The notes below the pieces were generated by a model that saw nothing but the letters and a program-made list of their open reading frames with translations, was not told where the DNA came from and did not search any database. From Catajapyx aquilonaris (Eukaryota), in assembly GCA_000934665.2 (NCBI GenBank), contig JYFJ02003358.1, positions 1 to 42,996 of the forward strand: a stretch of 42,996 nt of DNA. Direction: 5' to 3'. Shown in pieces: positions 1 to 11,000 of the stretch; within the stretch, counting starts at the first letter, position 1, and each line of letters begins with the position of its first letter. The translations under genes and the position numbers were made by a program.

Positions 1-117
1 AACCCGCGAGAGGACCTGAAAATACCCGATTTTACCCGCATTTTCATTTTACCCGCACCATTACCCGCAAGCGTCCGAAACACGGCACCGAAATACCCGA
101 ACGTTGGCATATCACTG
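1..117. mobile_element. Probable right end of a hAT-like non-autonomous DNA element, truncated by the window edge
   Basis: Six ACCCG subterminal repeats within 100 bp, ending ...TTGGCATATCACTG. The reverse complement CAGTGATATGCCAA resembles CAG(T/G)G..GCC hAT-type termini. The other end is not visible. Confidence 0.4.
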
Positions 118-324
118 GGATGCAGCACAGGCGGGTAGGGGGGTCTCTCAGTTCGGCCGTTCGGCAATAATCTTCTGAGGGGCAGGGCTAACAACTCAGA
201 TATCACGTGACGCATCTCAGAATAATCTGAATTGCCGAATACGCCTTGTGTTTTGGGAAGCAAAAAATGGCACTTCACATAACCTACCGTACATAATAAA
301 AATAAATCCAATCTTCACTTTCAG

Positions 325-1549
325 CTCCGAACACGATGAGTCTCTAAGTGTAAAAGAACTCATCTACAAAAACAGCGGGCGAAAGGCCAAGACGTTCAAA
401 CCTAATGACAAATACTCACATTCAAAATCCAAGGATTCAGCAAACAAGTACGGGGATCTGATCCGCAAGAAGGTAGATCCAATTGATATACCAATCTCCT
501 ACTCATCGACGGCGAAAACCCGAAAATCCAGACCATCTGTTTCAAATGCCCTCCTGAATCTTATGCACAAAGTGAGTGTGAGTGATGGACAAGTCAATGA
601 AGAAAAGTTTGACACAAAACGAACCCCTTGCCAGACAACTTCAGACAACGTCTTACTTTCATCAGCATCCAAGATCATGGATGAAGTAGCCCAATCTGCT
701 GGGGTAGTGAACCTGCCTTACAGCAAAAGTGTGCTGGCATCTGTGGCTGCTGCACACCAAGAAAGTGTCAACCCCAAGAAGTCTATCAACAGGAAAAGGG
801 AATTGTTACAAAGACCAAGATTTGCGAAAAGCGACACGTCAGAGATTCGTCGCAAAGCTATAACCAACACGTTTCTTAAAAATAACTCTCAGGCAACATC
901 ACAAGGCGATTATGCCGCAGATAAACTGTCTCAAAAAAGCAGCTCTTCTGTGACAACAAATGCGAAAGCGAAAGGTGCCAAATCAACAAAAACAACCCGC
1001 TCTAATCCTTCACTGAACCCAATACAAGAGGACTCTGTTCCTGCAAGAGAACTGATCAAGTTTGTAGTAAGTGAAACTAACAAGATACCAACCTGGAACA
1101 ACATCAAAGAATCGCAACTGCAATCGCAAAAGAAACTAAAGAGTATGCAGAAGAAACAAAACAAGCGTATGATGAAGTCAGTAGATGCCGGTGCACAGAC
1201 AATACGATCAGTGGAGATCCGGGAGATCCTTAAACCACCTGCAGTTTTCAACACCTCATCACAACCTGACCTTTCAAACCAGAGTAAATCTTTCCTTCGT
1301 CATTCTGTGACAGGGATATCTGAAATCATTCAAGAGGAGAACGAGGCTGGTGAAGAACCTACTAAGCGCCCAGAACCACAAAGTAAGGATTATGGGATTA
1401 AAAGTGATGAGGACAGGAAGACTCTTCTGGAAGCGAATAACAGCATCCCTGAGATTGGATACTACAGAGAGTCAATCTACGGTTCCTGGTTGCTGCCCTT
1501 GGCGAACATTCTGCTGAAATCAACCAGTGTTCAGCATTACCCCAAGTAG
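325..1549 (+). CDS. Large terminal coding exon of an unidentified Ser/Lys/Gln-rich, probably disordered protein; upstream exons lie outside the window
   Basis: 1.3 kb stop-free frame in AT-rich DNA; acceptor ttcactttcAG at 323-324; stop TAG at 1547-1549; no domain recognised. Confidence 0.7.
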
Positions 1550-1954
1550 GCATACTATTGACAGAAGGCCAATGACTACTTTCCAAATCTGACAGAAAAA
1601 ATTGTACTCCCTGATAATAGCCAGAGGACAAAATATTCCAATAAATATTATAATAACAAATAGTTCAAAAAAAATTGCAACTGATTTCATTATTTTATGT
1701 TTTATGCTTAGATCACATTTCAAAACATACCAGCACGTGCAATATAAAAATAACTGTAAAAACATGCCCTTGAGGGACTGATATCAATTACGAGCCTATT
1801 AACACGGATGTAGTTGTTGCGTCAGCATGATACCGCCCACATTTCCGCTCACATTTAATTGATTGGTACTGCACACGTGGGAACATATTGGTTTACCTCA
1901 ATCATTGCCTCGCATTGCGGAACTGGAAGCAGAATATTTGGGAAACGGTTGATC

Positions 1955-4217
1955 ATGATCAACATTCATAGATCCCAATATGTATCAGCAGTGTTAGTCA
2001 TGTTCATCTCCACAGGTCATTTTGTGCAAGAAAGGAACATCTGCAAGGATATGGTGAGTATATTAGTGTGTTTAATAGGCTAATGCATCGCAGCGTAATT
2101 TTTCTGAAGGTCATTAATAGCAAATCATTTGCACAGTAAGCATACATAAAGTGACGATATCGTGTATTTTGGTACCATTGCATGAGTCTACAAAATAATA
2201 ACATCAATGATGTAATATACAGTATTTTGAAACCAAGTGCAGATGTCCACCTTCTGTTATGTTGTGGCAACATTTTCTCCCTATGTAGGGCGAGAAGTCT
2301 TGCTGCGATGGATATGAATGGAGTGACGATGGAGAAACCTGCATTCCGATTTCTTTCATTGAACACTCAAACTTACAAGCGACAACACGTAACTATTTCT
2401 TGCATGAGTATTGGTCCATCATACTGTGTGTATAGTTTTGGTGTATGAACCATATTTTTATGAGAATAAATTGCGTCAACTATAGCATAAATCATCAAGA
2501 TCAAATTACCAGAAAGTGAAGAATGTTAATCAATAAATATCACAACTTTTCCTTAAAAAATGAGTCGTCAGCGACGTTCGACGTAGTAAATCCAAGTCAA
2601 GCATAAAATATGCCTAAGAGCATAAAGAGCATAAAGAGATGATCAAGTCAATGAAACGTTGGCTAATACATGTAGGCTACAGTACAATATATCACTGGTG
2701 TGTTGATGACATGTTCCAGCATCGCATCAGGATAAGGAAATTGTTGCCAAATCGATAGAGCACGAAGAAAACGCCATTCCGGAATCCATGGAAGGTCTTA
2801 ATTACGCCTCAGTATCTGGATATGACGCAAGTGCTTCCTCCGAAGTCTACAATATCGTTTCAAATGAAGAATTAGTCAGAGACGACTATTTCGTAGTTCC
2901 TTATCCAGCCAGTATTGGCTACAGTTCTGAGGAAATTCTCAACCAAAAACGTAAGTATAATATCGGAATTTAACTGCGTGGAGGATTTATTATTTCTGAA
3001 TAATCATTGTTATACATGTACTTATTTTCAGCTCCACCTGTCATTGGGATGGAAAGCGAAGATTGCCCAGACGAATTTGTGAAACTTTACCGAATTGGAT
3101 GCTATTATTTTAGCAGCGAAAAAAACTACTTCAACTTTGCTTCGGAGCATTGCAACCGTTTGGGCGGCTACTTAGCTGAGATAGATGGTGCCAATGAAAA
3201 CGAGGCGCTGAAGAAGATCATCTCTGTTGGTAACTCCGCTATTCGTAAAGAGTTACACAGGTAATGTTTGTTTCATTTTAGTCAACAGAAATCACCACTT
3301 GCTGGGTGCAACTGATCGAGATGAAGAAGGGACGTGGATCTGGGAACATTCAAAAAGGCCCATGGTATTCCAAGATTGGTTCCGAGGCGAACCCAACAAT
3401 TACGCCAATCAAGACTGCCTGGTTATCTCCAATTACAATGAATTCAACTACCAATGGGACGATATTGCCTGTTATCACGATTTCTACTATCTATGCGAAA
3501 CAGACGAAAGATTAGAATCTAACAGCACGACCACAAGTCCTAAAGGTGGGTAAGTTTGAGAGAAGTGAGCAACACCATTTGTTTCATAATTATTGGTACT
3601 CCTGATCACGAGTGCACCCGGAAAATAGGGGCTGGTGACACCAGGCAGTAAGCAATAAAATAATTTAATTGCAGATTTGGCGCCACAAACAAACGAGTGG
3701 GATTGCCCTGAGGGATTTAGCAAGGAAGGAATTGAGACATGTTATCAACTTGTCGTAAAACCACTGAACTGGTTTGAGGCCAAAGATGCTTGCAAGGAAC
3801 TGAATGGATACCTGGCCATAGTGGACACTGAAGTCGAAAACACCGCAGTTACCGAAATGATCTGGCAATTAGGTGGCGTACATAATGAAAGCGGTCTCTG
3901 TAAAAGTGACATTTAATTCTTGTATATGACTGGCTACATTTATTATTTTAGGTCATGTGGAGGTGTACATTGGCGCTAACGACGCGGAAGCAGAAGGCCA
4001 GTGGAAATGGGTGGATGGGACGCCAGTTGCTTTTGCAAACTGGGGATCTGGGGAACCCAATAACATGTACAGAGAAGACTGTGCTACCATCAAAGGGCAG
4101 GATTACTACCAATACTCCAGACTTTGGAATGACGCTAATTGTTACGAGAGAAAATATTTCCTGTGTCAGACTGACCAACGCGTGTCGAAGAGCAACCGAA
4201 CTACAATTTTAGTTTAA
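1955..4217 (+). CDS. Lectin gene A: secreted CCxGY-module protein with 2 C-type lectin domains (~451 aa)
   Basis: Exons 1955-2053, 2289-2388, 2720-2950, 3032-3229, 3282-3545, 3675-3872, 3952-4217 with consistent phases. Hydrophobic leader, GEKSCCDGYEWSDDGETC, CTLD motifs LGATD/EPN/WDD and YIGAND/EPN/WND. AATAAA at 4217-4222. Confidence 0.88.
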
Positions 4218-4871
4218 ATAAACATTAGCTAATTTAAATCATAATTAAGTGCTTCCTGTCTCTCGTTTGGTCCCATAATGATTCTAACCAATGAAAGTTC
4301 AGTGCTTCACATTGACTGATGTTCCAGATATCTGTAAAGCAATAATGTGTATGATTCTGCAATACTGACATATCTTACATATATAAATCAAAAAGTTTGT
4401 TGGTATTTATGTATGTCATGGCTACCTAACCCCCTTCCAGAGTACTGAAACTTGGAACACTGACGTCTTATTACGTGCCACTGATTCAGGGAAAAGTCTG
4501 AAAACTGCAATTTTTTGGTGTCTAAATACCAAAAATTTCGAATTTTGTTTTTTATTATGTTTGGTGTCTCATCTTCGGCAACTGTGGCACATAGCTATTT
4601 CTTTTTTATCAATCACCATGCGAAGAACGGGTCCCCCCGTCTATAGGGTATAAAATGAAGCATGCTATATTATGTTCAGTACATCATATAGACGTGGTGG
4701 CATGGACAAGTGGCTTGTGATATCAATGATAACTAACCTCCTCGCACACGGATGCAGCTGTGGAATGATTAGTTACTGGTACAACTGTAACTACTTGATT
4801 GCACGTATCGAGAACTGTTTCCACATCTGAAGAGCTGTCATTTGGCAGAAGCACCTTCCAGTTGCTTCACC

Positions 4872-7800
4872 ATGATCGCATTCAAAAGGTCCCACCAAGT
4901 GCTAGCTTTGCTACTAATAGGTTTATCGGCCGGTTACGCTTTACAAGGAGACAACGTCTGCAGAGATTCGGTAAGTGGGTGAAAAATTGTTATACACAAT
5001 GTGAGGTAATTAAATGCTAATATTACTGCAAATGTATCAGAAAAGCAGCATCGTTACATGCAATAGATCTGCTTCGTTTGCTAGAATTTTTGGTTCGTAA
5101 AAACTTGATAGTGCCTACTCAAAAGAGCAAGCTCGAATTATTGCTAAGCAGTGTTTCTGGGCTGAGATGCAGCGGTCATATGGAAGGGTCAGAATGTTGA
5201 GAATTTGAAATTTCTGTAAGAGTTTAAAATATCCACAGAAGGCTGTAATTATTTTATTGGTATTGGTATTAGTAGGTGACAAGGTATTTTACGAGTCACA
5301 CCTTGGTCACTAACCAACTGGAAATAGAAACTTGACGATTTGGCTTTTTCCACTCTTTGGGTTTCCAAAGAGTGGAAAAAGCCAAATCGTCAAGTTTCGA
5401 ATGAGATATTACCTCAACAAGTTCATGATGTGCAAAGTTTAGTAAAAACATGATGACTAGTACTGAAAAATGAGGCACCATATATCACTGCTTTGAAAAT
5501 TGAAATAAAATTATTACTGCAGGCTCCTAGCACCTTCTGCAAACATTTGAAGGTTGAAAGAATATTGCAAATTCGGAACGTTCTGGCTTCTGTGTAGCTA
5601 AGGAACACTGGCTTGTAATGTTCTAGTTGGCACTATATTTTATCTATCCAACAAAAATACTAGCAGACCAAGCAACATTGGTGCTCTATGGCTCACTTAT
5701 CTAATTTGGTAGCGTACTTTATACAAATGCATTAGCATAGGTGCAGACATAACGACATGGGTCGCAGGAAATGAATTTAGGAGAACGTAATGCTGTATTT
5801 AATTAATGGGTAATGAATCGAGGCCCACACCGGATCCTCCCCTTCGCCAGTTAATTTGTCGCTTACATCCTCCAATAAGCTGTTCAAAAAAAAATCAGCA
5901 TACAACTAGAGGATGCTGCCTGTGATTACAAAATGATATCTGAATATCCGGAAGCACACTTGTAAAATACAGGAGCAACTCTTCCTGCTGATATGATGGC
6001 TTTTGAACAAATTAATAGGAACAGTCCATAATCTAATATTAAGCGATGACATTTGATATTTACAGGGAGAGGAAACATGCTGCGAAGGATACGAACAGAG
6101 TGAAGATGGACAATCTTGCGTTTCAATTCTCTCAACAGAAGAAAACTCCAGCTCACAAGAGAAAAAACGTATACCTTACTGCTCATTGTTATTTGAGATA
6201 TTATATGCTCTGGCTCTGAATTTTCTTCTCAATTCCTATTTAACAGAGCAAGAATAACATGCTAACACAAACTGTTACACGAGCATGCCAAAATAATTTA
6301 CCCTTTCATATTATACTACAGGTAGCCCAACAGCAAATTTTTCCAAGAAGCGAAACGCGCGTAAGAAGCGTGATTACGACGGCAATTCTTATTCATCCTA
6401 TGAATATCTCGCAAGAACTAATGAATTACCAAGCCGAGAACGTGAATACGTTCCAGAATCCATTGAAGCAAGGCATCATTATCCACATGTGGAGAGTAAC
6501 AGCAACTACATCCCTGAATCCATTGAAAGAGGAGGTTATGCTCCAGTGCCTGAAGAGCCCAGCGGCAATATTCCAGAATCTCTCGAACGAGGAGGTTACA
6601 TTTCAGAATCAGCAGAACGAGGAGGTTACGTTCCAGAATCAGCAGAACGAGGAGGTTACGTTGCAGAGTCTGCCGAAAGAGGTTCCGTTCCAGTGCCAGA
6701 AGATCACAATAGTTATGTTCCAGAATCGGTCGAAATAGACGCACGCTACAATTATGGGTCTGAATCTGATGAGAGTGAATCTTCTGAAGTGTACAATTTT
6801 GCTTCTGGAGAAGACGAATCTCGAGCAGGAAACCTCAGATATGTGCCTGATGTTAGCGCTGATTACTGTAAGTGCGGTATTTTTATACAGGCTTAGTGAA
6901 GTATAGTATGTGCTTAGCCTACACTTTTCAATTTCGTGTTGCAGATCTCCCACCTCTATACCCACCACCCCCACCACCTCGCCCAGTCTTTGTTGGACTG
7001 GAGAAGGGAGAGTGCCCAGATGAGTTTGTAGAACTTCATGGAACTGGATGCTATCACTTCAGCAAGGAAAAGTTGCCGTATTCCATCGCTTCCCAACATT
7101 GCACAGAATTAGGCGGATATTTGGCTGAAGTGGAAAGCCACAGGGAAAATGAAGCTCTGAAGAGGATCATATCAATTGGTGATGTGATATTTCCATTTCA
7201 GCAATTCTGAGTCTGAATACTCTTAACCTGTGTAGCAACTGAGAGACACTGAGAAAGGCATTATATTGTCCAGTAAATTATCAAGACATGCTTGTATTTA
7301 GCAATTAGCAGGCCGAGAAGTTACTTGTCAATAATTGTATGACATATCTTTTGGTGAATTAAGATATTCAAGCTACGAGTCTACCTATATCAATAACACA
7401 GGCGACCCTTATTATTTCCTGGCAATTATGATACCCAAGTTCATTTAATCATTTAATGTTTCAGAAAATGACAATCATCATTTGCTCGGCGCAACTGACT
7501 CGGATGAAGAAGGAAGGTGGATATGGCAACATTCGAGAAGTCCTATGATCTTCGAGGACTGGTTCCGAGGAGAACCTAACAATTACGCCAACCAAGACTG
7601 TCTGGTTATTTCCGATTATGACGAATTTAATTACCAGTGGGATGACATCTCCTGCTCTTATTCTCTACATTACGTATGCGAAACTGACGAGCGAACAACC
7701 ACGTCTACAGGTATGTACGAGATTTAAAAAATAATTTATGTATAGTATAACTTCCAAGCCTGCATAACAAACTTGTTTCAGACTCTCATGTCTAATAAAT

Positions 7801-10703
7801 ATTGTCTAAAATAATAATGCAGACCTTTTTCTTCTTTTTTAAAAAAATACAGAAATTGAAACTTCGAGTAGTGAATGGGATTGTCCAGAAGGATTTACTA
7901 AGGAAGGATGTGAGACCTGTTACCAAATCGTCCAGACACCAATGGATTGGTATGAGGCCACAAGTGCATGTGAACAACTGAATGGATACCTCGGCAAAAT
8001 CGAAAATGAAGTTGAAAATAACGCGGTCACAAAAATGATATCGGACCTAGGTATGCCGTCGACATTTATTTACTATAATATTTGTCACCCATTAGCCATT
8101 AGTATACGCATTATGCAGTAATATTTTTAATTCTTCAGGTAATGTGGAAGTGTACATAGGAGGAAATGACATTGAATCAGAAGGAACATGGAAGTGGGTG
8201 GATGGAAAGCCCGTCTCTTTTACAAATTGGGGACCAGGAGAACCGAATGACCAAGGTGGCGAAGATTGTATCACCATCAAAGGACAAGGCCACGGTCCTT
8301 ATTCGGAACATTGGAATGATGCCAGCTGTTACGATAGAAACTACTTCCTGTGTCAGACTGACCATCGAGTATCAAAAAGTGAATGAACATCTATTTATGA
8401 TTCTATTATACAGTGACCACAAAACATTATTGTAAATAATTTTATTCAAATTTCAGAAATCATTATCGAAGGCGAGGAGTGCCCTGACGAGTATGTAAAC
8501 CTCGAAGGTCAAGGATGTTACCACTTCAGTACTTACGACGAGGCAAACTGGTACGACGCTGAAGATCGGTGCAAGAGCCTGGGTGGATTTTTAGTCAGCA
8601 TTGAAACTGAAGAAGAAAACAACGCCATTCGTTCATACATCGAGTCAGGTATTTATCCTATGATCAGCCTCATGTTTTACTTCCTCAAGTAGCAGTGGCC
8701 TGTTCATAATATAACTTTGCTCCTGCAGGAAAGAAGAACTTTTTCATTGGTGCCAACGACATCGCTTACGAAGGCCGATGGATCGACTCAGTGGGAAAAT
8801 CAGTGCAATTCACTGACTGGGGTGAAGGGGAACCAAACAATGCCAACGAAGGCGAAGACTGTGCTGTGTTGAAGGGCAATGGCTTTAACAAGGGAAGGTG
8901 GAATGACGACAGCTGTTACAACGAGTTTTCGTACATCTGCGAAACCCATCTTCGCCGTAAAGATGGCTGTGAGTCTTTCGTCCAAAATATTCCTTTCCCC
9001 AAATTCATCGTTCTCGTTATCTTTATAGTTATTCCTCATGGAAATGGAAATAACTGCCCGGTCGATTTTGAGCTGGTCGATGGACAGTGCTACTTGTTTG
9101 CCTCAGACGACATTGCCATGACTTGGGATGATGCCAACAATTATTGTGAAACCAAAGACAGTTACTTGGCAGAAATGGATTCACCAGAAGAAGGCGACGC
9201 ATTGAAGGAACACATGAAATACTGTACTTTGATTTAATTACTTAATAATAAGTTGGCTCTAGTGTAATTCTAACACCAACAAATTTCATTTTAGCGTATT
9301 ACAGTGCTCATTTCGTTGGTGGCAAGGGGCAAGGAACTATAGACACATGGACGTGGGCAAAGAGCGGAAAGTCAATCAACTTCTGGACTACATTCCCAGA
9401 AATGTATGGTTTCCCCCGACAAGAACTGTGCATGGTGATGGCTCCTTTGAGGTCGCCCGATTGGGTTTGGTCCACTATGCGATGTGACGAGCAAAATTCA
9501 TTCATCTGTGAAACTGAAGCTTCAGTTGTGGAAATTCCCGAAAAACCCACAAGTAAGATTTTTCTGCAAAAATATTTGCAATGTTTTCCATATCTTCATG
9601 GGAAAATTCTGGTTTTGCAAAGATTTGATTTATCACATAATTTAACGAAATTCTACTGAAGTGTATTATTGGAAATTGAACATTTGACAAGTAATAGTAT
9701 TCCTCCCGAGATTCCTCCAAATCATAATAAGGGGATATATTTTGCACATTCCATGGCATAGTGCCCCCCTCACAGTCTAATAAACTATACAATAAAAAGA
9801 CTTCTTTTTCTGAATAAAACACGATTGAAAATTTACAATATTAGGTTATAGTAGTTTAATCTGCAATGATCAGTTTCACAACTTTCTTTCAGGCAATCAT
9901 GATTGTAACTGGCCTTTCAAAGCTATTGGATATGGATGCTACTATGTCGGAGATACCCAAGAAAACTGGTGGGTTGCAGCTGAGACATGCCATGAAAAAG
10001 AAGGCCATCTGATCACTCTCGACGATTCCACAGAAAACAAAATTATCAGAAACTACCTGCAAGGGGGTAAGTAATACCAAGCTTCATTAGCTCTTACTAG
10101 CAACACTGTTGCAATTTCTACACCAATATTATATGTCCAATACAAAAAATGGAGATATTGATATGTAGTACATTATTGAACTGGGTGCATTTTGAAAGGT
10201 GAATACTCATAAAATAATGCTCGTCAATACGTATACAGTAATTCATGCTGGCATTTGATAATTGAGCAAATGCTCCTCATACAGTATGTGAGCTTCTGGA
10301 GATATTTTGTCTTTAATTATACCCTACAAAAAAATGTCACATAAAATTATGTCACTGGATTCCTCCCTAACATGCATTTTTCTTGTTCCTCCCCCCTCTG
10401 GAACAAATTGCGATTGTCATCATAATGTCACTTTTTTTTTTTGCAGAGAGTATGGATCATGTTTGGATCGGAGCATACGATTTAGGTCACGAGGGTCAGT
10501 GGGTATTAGACAGATCTCGGAAGCCAATGGTCTTCTCCGACTGGGCCAAACATGAACCAAACAACCATGAAGGAAATCAACATTGTGCTGCTTTGAAGGA
10601 AGGCATTGATTACCGATGGGATGATGCAGATTGCCTTGATGAATACTATTTTATGTGTGAGAGCGATCCAATTGCGCCAATGCCAACATTGTACTATCGT
10701 TAA
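4872..10703 (+). CDS. Lectin gene B: secreted CCxGY-module protein with 5 C-type lectin domains (mannose-receptor-like tandem CTLDs, ~993 aa)
   Basis: Exons 4872-4970, 6066-6168, 6322-6867, 6945-7178, 7465-7710, 7853-8050, 8139-8378, 8457-8648, 8729-8968, 9029-9223, 9295-9552, 9893-10066, 10447-10703. Signal peptide MIAFKRSHQVLALLLIGLSAGYA, CCEGY, RKKR. EPN in domains 1, 2, 3 and 5; no transmembrane segment. AATAAA at 10777-10782. Confidence 0.9.
6567..6686 (+). repeat. Coding 30-nt tandem repeat, 4 copies (consensus YVPESAERGG)
   Basis: Units such as TACGTTCCAGAATCAGCAGAACGAGGAGGT start at 6567, 6597, 6627 and 6657; a further dispersed copy starts at 6507. Confidence 0.9.
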
Positions 10704-11000
10704 ATCAACTGGAAATGTGAGAACGTGTTATGAGATTTTTTTTCCCCATCCTTAAAATCAACATACAATATCAGAAAATAAAGCATCTTTGAACTCAACT
10801 AATGTGCATTATGGGACTTTTGGCCCACCCTGTAGCAATCCCAGACAGAATGAAATCCCAAAATCCAAATGGCCCTTACCATCACCTACTTTATTGCACA
10901 GTAGTGAAACAGTCACTGACATAAAAATGAGCAAGATCAACAATGAACAATCTGAACACTCCCATTAACAGGATACTACTAATATTGCTTGACATGTGGA

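Noticed and set aside
2560..2590. MSRQRRST as a missing convertase-site exon of gene A
   Set aside because: Flanked by in-frame stops with no usable acceptor.
6567..6686. 30-nt repeats as a CRISPR-like array or neuropeptide precursor
   Set aside because: No spacers and a eukaryotic coding context; the units lack dibasic or G-K/R amidation flanks.
6259..6744. ORFs 6259-6738 (+) and 6418-6744 (-) with 10-aa repeats
   Set aside because: Alternative frames of the 30-nt repeat; splice phases and paralog similarity select the YVPESxE frame.
8969..9028. Apparent hydrophobic, TM-like insert in lectin B; similar inserts at 22777-22854, 13620-13685 and 30447-30554
   Set aside because: Each is a stop-free GT-AG intron with length divisible by 3 at an expected boundary; retention cannot be excluded but has no support.
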